A DNA stretch of 64,000 nucleotides. It comes from an uncultured bacterium. Its GTDB lineage: Bacteria > Bacillota_I > Bacilli_A > RFN20 > CAG-826. Below the pieces are notes generated by a model. That model saw nothing but the letters and a program-made list of their open reading frames with translations. It was not told the origin of the DNA and ran no database searches. Positions 1 through 9,562 of this stretch are shown one piece after another (the stretch's first letter is position 1; the number at the start of each line of letters is the position of its first letter). A program made the translations under genes and the position numbers. The stretch lies in the NCBI GenBank assembly GCA_949296775.1, contig CASFQA010000002.1, positions 34,305-98,304 of the forward strand, given 5' to 3'.

Positions 1-85
1 AGCGATGCGAAGAATACCGCCGAACTGCAGATTAAATAGCAACTAGCTAAATTCGATTTGATCACCACTGACAAATAGGAGAGCG

Positions 86-1672
86 ATGATGAAACTATCC
101 AAATCAATTTCTTGCCTAGTGAGCAGCATTGCTCTCCTAGGCGTCATGGCCGGCTGCGGCCCGCGGAATAACGATTCCTCGTCTTCCGCCTCGACCCCAG
201 CTGACTCTACCAATACCGGCAACAGCAATGGCGGCCCCACCAATTCCGAATATGGCGAGGCGCCAAAAACCATCAATATCGACTTTTGGCACACATTTGG
301 CCAATCGATTGTCACCCGATTGGAGACCGTTGCTGCCGACTTCAAGCAATTAATCCAAGAACACGACGGCATCACCGTCAACGTTAACCTTGCCTATAAA
401 GGCGGCTACGACGACTTAGAAAAAGCCGTTATCACCGGTTTCGCCGGCGGCTCCTACCCCAATATCTCGGTCGCCTACCCTGATAACGTCGCCAACTTCC
501 TATATCAGGCCCCTACCGATACCACCGTTGTCAACCTTGATAAATGGATGAACGACGAAGAAGTCGGCTTTGGAAAACAAGATTGGCTTGGCGACGTCTA
601 CAGCGGAATCCCTGCCGATAAATCCGATTTCGTCGAAGCTTTCATTGACGAGTCGACCATGTATCAAAAAGAAGGCTCCTACTCGTTGCCTTTCATGAAA
701 TCCTCGGAGGTCATGTTCTACAACAAAGACGCCTTTGAGCGGGCCTTTGCCTTATACGCCCCGGCTGGCGTTGGAGACACCGAAGAAGCCATGGCCAATT
801 GGCTAGCCGGCCTAACCTGGAGCGAATTCATCGATTTCAACCGCTTCATCTCGGCCAACAAGAGCAAGATTCTCTCCACGCTTGAATACCCAGTCGTCTA
901 CGATTCTGACTCCAACCTCTTCATCACCAAATTGGCTCAAAACGACGTTACCTACTCTGCCATTGGAACTGATGGCCGAGGGACCGTTCCCTTCGAATCC
1001 GGCGAGGCTCGGACAAAGACCGAATCCATCGTTCAGGAAATAGTCGATCTACATAACGCCGGAATTTTGAATACCAAAGCCATCGAAGGCGAATACGGCT
1101 CCAATTCCTTCGTCGAACAAGCTTGCCTATTCTCAATAGGTTCCTCGGGCGGCGCCGGATATAACATCCCCTCCTCCAACGAATTCGAAGTCGGCGTCTG
1201 CCGAGTGCCTCCTGTTGATGAAAATCACGCGATGTATATCAGCCAAGGCCCAACCTTGACTTTATTAGAGAACTCCAACGACGCAAAAACCAATTACTGG
1301 AAAACCTATTATTCCTGGGAATTCCTCAAATATATCACCAACCCAGAGGTCAACGCCCAGATTTGCGTCTTAGGTTCCAACGGCTATGTCCCGGTCCGCG
1401 ATTCGGCTTACACAACCGCGACCTATCAAAGATTCCTTAGCGCCGATCCCAACAACACTTTAGTCAAATCGTCCATCGTCGTTCAAGAAGACATCGGCAT
1501 GGCCGGTGAATACATAACCAGCCCAGTCTTCGTTGGATCGGCGAATCTTCGTGATGCGGTTGGTGGAATCTTTGCGGCTGTTGTATCGGAAGGCTTGAGC
1601 GTTAATCAAGCCATCACCGACGCCATTACCCAATCGAAACAATTCTTCCATGCGTTGGGAGACAAAAAATAA
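86..1672 (+). CDS. Lipoprotein, ABC-transporter substrate-binding protein (SBP family 1-like), orphan (no adjacent permease/ATPase)
   Basis: N-terminal signal peptide with lipobox (LLGVMAGC). Motifs DFWHTFGQ ... VNVNLAYKGGYDDLEKAV ... GSYPNISVAYPDN match the pattern of family-1 extracellular solute-binding proteins. RBS AGGAGAG lies upstream of the ATGATG start. Confidence 0.55.
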   Translation: MMKLSKSISCLVSSIALLGVMAGCGPRNNDSSSSASTPADSTNTGNSNGGPTNSEYGEAPKTINIDFWHTFGQSIVTRLETVAADFKQLIQEHDGITVNVNLAYKGGYDDLEKAVITGFAGGSYPNISVAYPDNVANFLYQAPTDTTVVNLDKWMNDEEVGFGKQDWLGDVYSGIPADKSDFVEAFIDESTMYQKEGSYSLPFMKSSEVMFYNKDAFERAFALYAPAGVGDTEEAMANWLAGLTWSEFIDFNRFISANKSKILSTLEYPVVYDSDSNLFITKLAQNDVTYSAIGTDGRGTVPFESGEARTKTESIVQEIVDLHNAGILNTKAIEGEYGSNSFVEQACLFSIGSSGGAGYNIPSSNEFEVGVCRVPPVDENHAMYISQGPTLTLLENSNDAKTNYWKTYYSWEFLKYITNPEVNAQICVLGSNGYVPVRDSAYTTATYQRFLSADPNNTLVKSSIVVQEDIGMAGEYITSPVFVGSANLRDAVGGIFAAVVSEGLSVNQAITDAITQSKQFFHALGDKK

Positions 1673-1682
1673 GGAGAAGATT

Positions 1683-3593
1683 ATGCATAAAACCCCAATA
1701 CTTCTAACCTTACTGGGATTGTTGGCCTTAACCGGCTGTGGCCCCACCGATTCAAGTTCGTCTTCCTCGCCTACTAATACCGAGATAACCGACACCAACA
1801 CCGGCTCTTCAGATACCGAGCTCCCTGAGTGGGTAGATTATTCCGATCAAGTTCACCTTCAACTCGATTATCAAGGAAAGGACTTCTTTAAAGACGGCGT
1901 CACTCAAGTCGCTCGGGTATTCCCAATCGATGGCGATACCGCCCATTTCGACCCGATTGGCTATACCGCCGACACCGAGCGGATCAAAGCTCGTTTCTAT
2001 GGAATAGACACCCCGGAATCGACCGGTGATGTCCAGCCTTGGGGTGTGCCAGCCAGCAACTACACCAAGAAGATACTGAACAACGCGATTGAAAACGGGA
2101 CCATCGTCATCACCGCCGACACGTATAACGCCTACAAAACCCCGCAACACGACTCCACCGGCGAGCGTTACCTTTGCTGCATCTACGTCAACGAGACCAA
2201 GAAAAACGCCCCCAAGGAAGAAATGAAGCTCCTCAACCTTATGATCGTTGAGCAAGGCTATTCCTGGGCCAAGAACACCAACAGCATTCCCGAGCTTTCC
2301 GACGTCTTCCAAAAAGCCTCGAATCAAGCCGCGGCCTACAAACTCAACGTCCATTCTCCCGATCGTGACCCGAGCTTCAACTACGGCGGTTACGTGCAAA
2401 CCAGTTTATTGGATATGCAGATCGAGCAAAAGAAAGCCCTCGCCGCCGAATTGGCCGGTGGAATCGCTTATGATGGCAGCCACGACATGTACCTAGTGCC
2501 GGAAAATGGGAAACTGGTCGGTAAGATCGACGACGACATTGCCGACTCCGAGTACAAAGCCGTCTTGTTCGACACCGATGGGAACATCATTAGCCAAAGC
2601 AGCTACACCGAGTTCAGCGCCATACCTGACGATCCGACCAAGCTATTGGTTGGTTATCAGGATTATTCGTCGTTGAAGACCTACTATCTCACCGGTGAGC
2701 AAACCGCCGACGGATTTACTTTAACCGATGACATCAGCAAGGCTGCCACTTACGCCGGCACGGTCAACGTCGATGGGTTCTCGATTGCCTTAGAAGACCA
2801 ATTCCTCGCCTATGACATCGAAGGCACCGATCCTTATCTGGATTACGATTCCCGCGATTTCATCTGGAGCTTCGACGCCAACACCAAGCAGATGTACATC
2901 AATCTGCAAAACTACTACGACAACCGAAACGTCACAGTCCAAGGCACCGTCGTCGGCTCCTCCAACAACACCCTCTACCTGCAAGACGTCTACGAAGACG
3001 AAGAGACTGGCGAAAAGCAATACGCCTCCATCAACGTCTTCCCCGGCATGGGTAGCATCTCCTCTCGCTTCACCAAGCGAAATACCTACGTCCAGGTCAA
3101 AGGCGTCGCCAAAAACTCGCAATTCGGCTTCCAAATCACCGGTTGCAACTTCCCTCTTTACAATTTTGGCGAAGACAACGAATCGTCAGTCATCATGACT
3201 GCCGAAGAGAACATCGACGTCCACCAGCTAAAAGCGTTTGAGTTCACCCCGGAAGAGCTTAGCGATATCGCTGACAACAAGAATCTCGATTATCTCGGGT
3301 CCTTCGTCCGGCTTTCTGAGCCGGCGACCTGCACCGGCGTTTACATCGCCCCTGGCTCCAACAAAGAAGTCACGATGTATTTCGATCTTGGCTTCTCGGT
3401 CTATAAGACCTTCACCTATGCCGGCGATCCTGATGATCCGGCCAGAATTTGGACTACCGAGGAAGATTTCGTCGGCAAGAAGTTCTTAGTCGAAGGCGTC
3501 TATACCTATCATAAGGGGCAGACCTCGGGCAAGATCAGCTTCCAAATCAATCCGAGCGATCCGAGCTGCCTGACTTGGGTTCCTGAGGCATAA
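1683..3593 (+). CDS. Lipoprotein with N-terminal staphylococcal-nuclease (SNase/thermonuclease) domain and a ~450 aa C-terminal extension of unknown function
   Basis: Start ATG at 1683 follows RBS AAGGAGAAG. Lipobox LALTGCG. SNase catalytic motifs are present: ...RVFPIDGDTAHFDP... and RFYGIDTPES (matching the DGDT / R..GID.PE signature). Confidence 0.65.
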   Translation: MHKTPILLTLLGLLALTGCGPTDSSSSSSPTNTEITDTNTGSSDTELPEWVDYSDQVHLQLDYQGKDFFKDGVTQVARVFPIDGDTAHFDPIGYTADTERIKARFYGIDTPESTGDVQPWGVPASNYTKKILNNAIENGTIVITADTYNAYKTPQHDSTGERYLCCIYVNETKKNAPKEEMKLLNLMIVEQGYSWAKNTNSIPELSDVFQKASNQAAAYKLNVHSPDRDPSFNYGGYVQTSLLDMQIEQKKALAAELAGGIAYDGSHDMYLVPENGKLVGKIDDDIADSEYKAVLFDTDGNIISQSSYTEFSAIPDDPTKLLVGYQDYSSLKTYYLTGEQTADGFTLTDDISKAATYAGTVNVDGFSIALEDQFLAYDIEGTDPYLDYDSRDFIWSFDANTKQMYINLQNYYDNRNVTVQGTVVGSSNNTLYLQDVYEDEETGEKQYASINVFPGMGSISSRFTKRNTYVQVKGVAKNSQFGFQITGCNFPLYNFGEDNESSVIMTAEENIDVHQLKAFEFTPEELSDIADNKNLDYLGSFVRLSEPATCTGVYIAPGSNKEVTMYFDLGFSVYKTFTYAGDPDDPARIWTTEEDFVGKKFLVEGVYTYHKGQTSGKISFQINPSDPSCLTWVPEA

Positions 3594-3595
3594 CA

Positions 3596-4069
3596 ATGTT
3601 TTGCTACCATTGCGGATATCACATAGACGAGCATCGGATTGAGCGACGGTCCCCTTCCATCGAAAGCATTGAGGGAGCAACCTCGGAAAGCCGGATCGAA
3701 TATATTTGCCCCCGATGCGGGGAATCCATCCACGCCGGATCCGACGAAAAGGACATCAAAGCCCTTTCGCGAGCCGCCCACGCCGAAGTCCAACGGGCCA
3801 ACAACCATTTCGCTTCCGGGATGGGCTTGGCTTCCGTTGGGGTAATTCTCCTCGTCCTCGGCCTTATCTTCTATTTATTGGCCAACCGTCCAAGCAAAGG
3901 ATTCATCCTCGACACTAGCTGCGCGGAATTCTATGTCTTCATAGTCTTGACGGTCATTTCATCTGTTCTTTTGATCGCTGGGATAGCCTTAGTAAGCGTC
4001 GGAATCTACAAAAGGCATCTTTATCACGGCGTTCTGAAAGATATCAACAACCACACTTTCGTCCAATGA
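3596..4069 (+). CDS. Zinc-ribbon membrane protein (hypothetical)
   Basis: N-terminal CYHCGYH...CPRCGE (two CxxC pairs) followed by about 3 hydrophobic helices. Sits between two lipoprotein genes in the same orientation. Confidence 0.4.
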   Translation: MFCYHCGYHIDEHRIERRSPSIESIEGATSESRIEYICPRCGESIHAGSDEKDIKALSRAAHAEVQRANNHFASGMGLASVGVILLVLGLIFYLLANRPSKGFILDTSCAEFYVFIVLTVISSVLLIAGIALVSVGIYKRHLYHGVLKDINNHTFVQ

Positions 4070-4098
4070 CGAGAGACCAAGGTAAACAAGGAGGAAAT

Positions 4099-7017
4099 AT
4101 GAAAAAAACAGTTGTTACCTTAGCTGCCCTGTTGGCACTAGGCCTCGTTGCTTGCTCGCCCGAAGATACTACTTCTAGCAGCTCGCCCGAGGGATCGCCT
4201 TCAGAATCGACCACAGTAGAAGACGGATATACGGCCGTCACCATCACCAACAAAGCCGAGTTGCAAGAAACTTGGTATGTTGAAACCGGTCTTTCTCGGA
4301 CCGTCGGTATCTCCACCACTCCAGCCGCTAATAACTTTACCCTAATGCAATCGGGGGCGATGACCATCACTTCATCAGATCCTACCGTTATTGGCGTCAC
4401 CGGATTCAATATCACAGCACTAAAAGCCGGAACTGCCACCATCACCGTTACATTAACCAACGATGATGATACCAAAGTTACTGACAGCGTCGAAATCACT
4501 GTCGAAAACCGTCCGGACCTCTCGGTCGGCCCGGTTGCCGTCAGCGAAATTACCGAGGGCGAATTCTACCTTGGCTGGTTTAACAACAGCAAATCAACCT
4601 ATTCGTTCATCACCGGCGAGATGTCGGGCTTTTACGGGGCGGCTGTCGATGGCAGCACCCAAGCTGGCAAAGCCGCGAAAGTCAAAATCGCTAAATCCGG
4701 CGAAGGCTATACTTTCCAAATCATCACCGAAGGCTTAAGCACCACCAACCAATATATCGGCGCTGATTCTAACACCAACGAAAAGGGCACCCATTATAAC
4801 TTCGTCTTCGTCGAAGAAGCGTTTGTTTGGACCTACGATGCGACAAACGGCGTCTTCAAAGCCACCGTCACCACCGACGAAAATGAGCAAGTCGAAGTGT
4901 TCCTTGGCTCTGAAGGGAACTATGGCACCGCTTCCTGCTACCCAATGGATGAAATCGGCGATGACGGTATCTATAAAATGACGCCATACACCTTCAACGA
5001 GGGCTATGCATTGGCTGGCAAACCAGAAAGTGGCAAAGCTTATAAACTAGGCGCCGCCGTAAAAGGCGATCCTAACGCCATCCAGGCCATCACCGGAGAT
5101 ATGGCCGCAACCTATTACTTCGGCACCACCGCTGATCCAGAAATCGCAATTGACGTCACGGTCACTGAAGCCGAGAACGGCTGGACCTTAGCTCCTGAAG
5201 GCAAAGGCTACATTGGCGCGACTGTCAGCGGCACCCATACTAACATCGTCTATCAAGAAGATCCTTACTACTGGACTTGGAACGATGAACTTGCCACCTT
5301 CACCACCGAATTGACTGTTGGCGATGCGACCGAAGTCGTGGCTCCAGGCATGGAAGGAACCCATGACACCATCGGAGTTTATGACATCTCCAACCTCGAT
5401 GGAATCAACGTCGCCAGCATCTACAACGCTTACTACATCGCTACCGAAGAGGAAGTGATGACCGAGGGCCCGATTTGGACCGCTCCGGAAGACGGCGTTG
5501 CCATGAAATTCGGCGCCTACAACGACTCCGTCGCCAACGAAGGCTATTGGATGATCAATGGCGAAATGGACGGCGAATATTTCAAAACCATCGAAACATC
5601 CAAAAAGGATGCTTGGAGCGAAGCTGTTGATGTCACCCCGCATAAAGTGACCGATGGTTGGACTCTCCAACTTGCCAGTGGCAAATACATCGGTGCCAAA
5701 GCCATTCCTCACGACGAAGTCGATGAGGAGGGCAATCCTGACCGCTGGTACACCTATCGGCCGGAATACACCGACACCGCCTTTGTTTGGCAGTACGAGG
5801 AAGATACCAAGGCCTTCGTTACCACCATCTCTGGCTTGAACACCGAGGTTGTCGAATCGGGTAGCATCAAGCTTTTCCTTGGCGGACAATCCAAATTCAC
5901 AACTGGTTCTGTTTCCGACTACAAATACGTTGGTTCAAACCTCAAGATGGGTTTCTTCACCTGGGGTGAATACGATTTGGAGGAGCCGCTTCCTAACCCA
6001 GTGAAAACAACTATTAACGCCATACTTGATGGGACAACCAGCGATGGTAACACCATCTATCAGATTACCGGCATCCTCGAGGACCTCGACCATACCGATA
6101 AATATGGCAACGCCTATTTGACCGATCCGACTACCAAAAAGTCGGTTAAGGTCTATGGCATTTCCGGGACCATGGATGCCTTTACTATGGAGGGGGGGTC
6201 TCTTAAATACGACAACTCCAAAGACGCCGTCACCGCCTTAGCGAACGTTGAGAACGGCATGGAGGTCACCCTTAACGTCCAATGGAATGCTACTTTCAAA
6301 AACGTCTCGGCTGTCTACGTCTCCTCCAAGGCTTCCACAGCGACCTACGGCGTGACCGTTAACCCAACCCAAAATGGCACCGCGAACGTTTCCGCCACCG
6401 GCAATGTTGCTTATGGAACTGAGGTCACTATCACCACTGCTCCGGCGACTGGGTACGTCGTTGATGCCGTTAAATTAACGACCGCTTACGGCGAAACCTA
6501 TCTCGAAGCGACTGCTGAGAACACCTATAAGTTCAACGCGACCGTCGTCAACGAGGTCACCGTCACCTTCCGCGATCCGAACGCCAAACTTGAAAAGTTA
6601 GAACTCAAAGCCGATCAACTTGGACTTGCGGGTTCTTATGGCAACGGCAGCGCGACCATAAGTGAATACGATTTCTCCTACATTGAGCTCATGAAAGGCA
6701 AAGATGCCATTCAAATGCGGGCTAAGGACGAGAAATATTCAACCTTATGGAATACCACCGCTCTCCCTGAAATCGAATCCATCGAATTCCGTTATGACAC
6801 CACTCAAGACAATAACTCGAAGGCCGAACTCAGCGTCACGTTTGGAACGGAAGTCATAACAACCAATGGAACCGATGTAGATGTTCAGTACGCCAGCGGC
6901 GACACCGTTGATACCGTCAATTGCGACGTCGATGGCGCGACTTTCTTCCGCATTAATCGCACCACTAAGTCTGGCGCTCTTTATTTCTCTTCCATCGTCA
7001 TCAACTTCGTGGCCTAA
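4099..7017 (+). CDS. Large surface lipoprotein (973 aa) with bacterial Ig-like (Big_2-type) domain
   Basis: Start ATG at 4099 follows AGGAGGAAAT. Lipobox LGLVACS. The segment TVIGVTGFNITALKAGTATITVTLTND is typical of Big_2 domains. Rich in T/S/G/N, as expected for a surface protein. Confidence 0.55.
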   Translation: MKKTVVTLAALLALGLVACSPEDTTSSSSPEGSPSESTTVEDGYTAVTITNKAELQETWYVETGLSRTVGISTTPAANNFTLMQSGAMTITSSDPTVIGVTGFNITALKAGTATITVTLTNDDDTKVTDSVEITVENRPDLSVGPVAVSEITEGEFYLGWFNNSKSTYSFITGEMSGFYGAAVDGSTQAGKAAKVKIAKSGEGYTFQIITEGLSTTNQYIGADSNTNEKGTHYNFVFVEEAFVWTYDATNGVFKATVTTDENEQVEVFLGSEGNYGTASCYPMDEIGDDGIYKMTPYTFNEGYALAGKPESGKAYKLGAAVKGDPNAIQAITGDMAATYYFGTTADPEIAIDVTVTEAENGWTLAPEGKGYIGATVSGTHTNIVYQEDPYYWTWNDELATFTTELTVGDATEVVAPGMEGTHDTIGVYDISNLDGINVASIYNAYYIATEEEVMTEGPIWTAPEDGVAMKFGAYNDSVANEGYWMINGEMDGEYFKTIETSKKDAWSEAVDVTPHKVTDGWTLQLASGKYIGAKAIPHDEVDEEGNPDRWYTYRPEYTDTAFVWQYEEDTKAFVTTISGLNTEVVESGSIKLFLGGQSKFTTGSVSDYKYVGSNLKMGFFTWGEYDLEEPLPNPVKTTINAILDGTTSDGNTIYQITGILEDLDHTDKYGNAYLTDPTTKKSVKVYGISGTMDAFTMEGGSLKYDNSKDAVTALANVENGMEVTLNVQWNATFKNVSAVYVSSKASTATYGVTVNPTQNGTANVSATGNVAYGTEVTITTAPATGYVVDAVKLTTAYGETYLEATAENTYKFNATVVNEVTVTFRDPNAKLEKLELKADQLGLAGSYGNGSATISEYDFSYIELMKGKDAIQMRAKDEKYSTLWNTTALPEIESIEFRYDTTQDNNSKAELSVTFGTEVITTNGTDVDVQYASGDTVDTVNCDVDGATFFRINRTTKSGALYFSSIVINFVA

Positions 7018-7037
7018 TATTTGATATTAGCAACCCC

Positions 7038-7064
7038 TAGACCCGGTTAACCCGGGTCTTTTCA
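7038..7064 (+). terminator. Rho-independent terminator after lipoprotein gene
   Basis: Perfect hairpin AGACCCGG-ttaa-CCCGGGTCT followed by TTTT. Confidence 0.6.
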
Positions 7065-7590
7065 GTTAGAATCGCCAAGACCATGAATGAATTTTTAATA
7101 ATGTTAATATTCTTTTTGCAAAGAAAAACAACTATAAAAACAGCGCATACCGTCGTGACATCCAGTCAGAGGCTAACCTAATGCGCTTGGCACAAATATT
7201 AAACTGCTTTATCAAGCAAAATGTAAGCCGACTCGGCAATTAACTTTGAACCGTCCTTTTCAATCTCTGTCCACGCCATCATCTCCCGGCCACCGCTTTA
7301 TTTGCTTTGCTCAGGAATACTCATTGATGCCCTTGTCTTGTTGAGACCGGTCCGCTAACCAGGCAGAAGGCCAGGGGCTTCCTTTTTGTCTAGCCCCTTA
7401 AGGTCAAAGGTCGTTTGAGTCTGACATGAGCAGCGCAAATCCGCATTTTTATTCATCCTTTGCCAAAGTAGTTGTCAAATGGTTGTGCTTTTCCGTGTTG
7501 CAATCTTTTTAGGTTTCTTTAAGATTTCTTTTGGGCTATCTAGTAATAACAAAAATCTCTCCGCAAAAATCGAAAGATAACAACAGCTAC

Positions 7591-8475
7591 ATGGGACTTT
7601 TATATCATTTCACGAGCGTCGATGCATTTGATTCAATAATAACGAATCAAAATTTCCGTTTTTATGATCTTTACCATGGCACTAATGACAAGGCTGAAAG
7701 GAATTTTCAATTAAGAATGCTTAAAAAGGAAAAACAAAACAGACAATCAATGCATCAGCGTTTGTCATTATTCCTGGCTTTTGAAGACTTAAGGCAAAAA
7801 ACAATCTGTGGGATGTGCTTCACTGATAATGAAACAAATAAAAAGCATTGGAAAAAATATGGGAAGGGTAATTCTTTATGTTTTGGAATCGAGAGTGAAG
7901 ATCTTGCGAAATTGGCCGAAAGCATCTCAATTCAAGGAAACAATGATAACCATAATATCTTTAATGCAGGCATTAATTGCGTTTGCTATGCGAACAAAAT
8001 TAACGAACTTACCAACATTCAGAAAGAGTTAAAGACAAATAACATTATTGAGGGTGCAGTCCATTTTGAAAAGGAAATAATTTTTATCAAAAAGAAAAAA
8101 TGGAAAAATGAGAACGAAAGGCGATTTTGCATTATCATTCCGTTTTCTAATTCGTTATTGTCGAACAGGAAATTTCTTTCGAAAACAGATGTTCCAAATT
8201 TATTTACAACAGCCGATATGAAAACTATAGAGCCAAAATTCGATGGGAACAAACCGACGATTTTTAATGAAAAAGGGCGTTTATACTATGAAATCCCCTT
8301 CGATACATCAATTATAAAGGAAGTCTGTTTTGGTCCTTGGGCCAAGAATGAAGAAATAAGAAAAATACTAGAACTGAAAACGCCTGGAAGAATTATGAAG
8401 GCATCTTTTTATAAAATTGATGATCATTATCGAGAGGTCATGTTTAAAAAAGTCGCCCATCCCGGACGGCTCTAG
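7591..8475 (+). CDS. DUF2971-family protein encoded in an AT-rich (foreign-composition) island
   Basis: N-terminal LYHFTSVDAFDSII...FRF...YDLYHGTNDKAE and central ICGMCFTDNE...KKHWKKYGKGNSLCFGIESEDL match the DUF2971 signature (LYkYtS...aL.SIL / fNDP.E / C.S...d.mW..Ya..hkGvcieF). The ORF caller's TTG start at 7531 has no RBS, so the ATG at 7591 is preferred. Local GC is about 30% against about 55% in the flanks. Confidence 0.6.
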   Translation: MGLLYHFTSVDAFDSIITNQNFRFYDLYHGTNDKAERNFQLRMLKKEKQNRQSMHQRLSLFLAFEDLRQKTICGMCFTDNETNKKHWKKYGKGNSLCFGIESEDLAKLAESISIQGNNDNHNIFNAGINCVCYANKINELTNIQKELKTNNIIEGAVHFEKEIIFIKKKKWKNENERRFCIIIPFSNSLLSNRKFLSKTDVPNLFTTADMKTIEPKFDGNKPTIFNEKGRLYYEIPFDTSIIKEVCFGPWAKNEEIRKILELKTPGRIMKASFYKIDDHYREVMFKKVAHPGRL

Positions 8476-8491
8476 TTATGCGGACTGCCGC

Positions 8492-9475
8492 TTACTTATA
8501 ACTAATCATCTTTTCCTTCTTCTTATGAGGAACCAAGGAATAGACAACTAGACCAATCGACCCAAGGATAATGAGGGCGGCTAAGATATAGGAAATGACG
8601 GCGAACTCGATAATGTGATCATAGGTGCCGCGCCCCGCATCGAGGAAGGAGACTTTCTTGGTGTCCCAGACTTGGGCGAAGATGCCAGTCAAAAGGATCG
8701 CCGCCCCATTCACGACGGTCCCACCGGTGAATAGGCCCATGCCAAGCTTGGTCTCCTTCTTGGCTTTCTCGCCTTTGCAGAAAGAATAGAAGGCAATGGC
8801 GAAGACCAAGAAGGCAAGCAGGGGGATCAAGCCATACACCAAGAATTTGGTCGAGACGATATCCTTGTTGGCGAAGGAACCGGAGGAGAGGCAAACGAAA
8901 TAAGAAGCCAGGAAAGGGATAGACACGCCTAAATCGACCGCGGCCAAGGAACCAACGATAACCTTCATAGTCCGGTTGGAATGCTCATCCTCGCCATAAA
9001 GCTTAACCAGCGGAACGTTAGATGCGATAAGCGCGATAATCAAAGCGATGAGGTAAATGATGATGACGAAGGCGATTTCGCCATAGCCGATCTCGGTGGT
9101 GGTAAGCCGGTAGAGCCAAACGGCATTCAAGAACAAGGCGATCGAGACCATATACCCGATGGCGATATAAGAAGCGAAGCCTTTGATGACGTATTCATCG
9201 TCGTTTTTAAGAATCGACATCAACGAGTAATAGAAACCGAATCCGGAGATAAGGGAGCCGGCGACCCCGATGGCCCCAAGCATAACGCCAAGCGCGGTGG
9301 AGAAATCATCCGGCATATTCTCAATCGGGGCTTTGACGCCGCTGACCCAAAGGTAAGGGGTGATTAAGAAGGCGAAATAGATGGCTAAGGTCAAGAAGCC
9401 AGCGAAAAGGACGGTGAAGATAGCTAAATTAACGTATCTCATCGAGGAGTAATTTCTAAGCGATTTGTTATTCAT
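8492..9475 (-). CDS. Polytopic integral membrane protein (hypothetical, ~9 TM)
   Basis: Long hydrophobic segments throughout. No recognisable catalytic motif. Confidence 0.5.
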   Translation of the reverse strand: MNNKSLRNYSSMRYVNLAIFTVLFAGFLTLAIYFAFLITPYLWVSGVKAPIENMPDDFSTALGVMLGAIGVAGSLISGFGFYYSLMSILKNDDEYVIKGFASYIAIGYMVSIALFLNAVWLYRLTTTEIGYGEIAFVIIIYLIALIIALIASNVPLVKLYGEDEHSNRTMKVIVGSLAAVDLGVSIPFLASYFVCLSSGSFANKDIVSTKFLVYGLIPLLAFLVFAIAFYSFCKGEKAKKETKLGMGLFTGGTVVNGAAILLTGIFAQVWDTKKVSFLDAGRGTYDHIIEFAVISYILAALIILGSIGLVVYSLVPHKKKEKMISYK

Positions 9476-9562
9476 GTAAATTCCTCTGCGAACGGATCCT
9501 AGGGGTCTAGAAAGCGCCGTAGATAATTAAAGTCTATCTATTAAAGATAGTCAACGCGATTT

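Noticed and set aside
8476-8495. Imperfect inverted repeat AGTTATGCGG-actg-CCGCttacTTATAACT after the DUF2971 gene as a possible island terminal repeat
   Set aside because: Only one copy is present and it has no partner at the left edge. It is more simply a weak bidirectional terminator between convergent genes.
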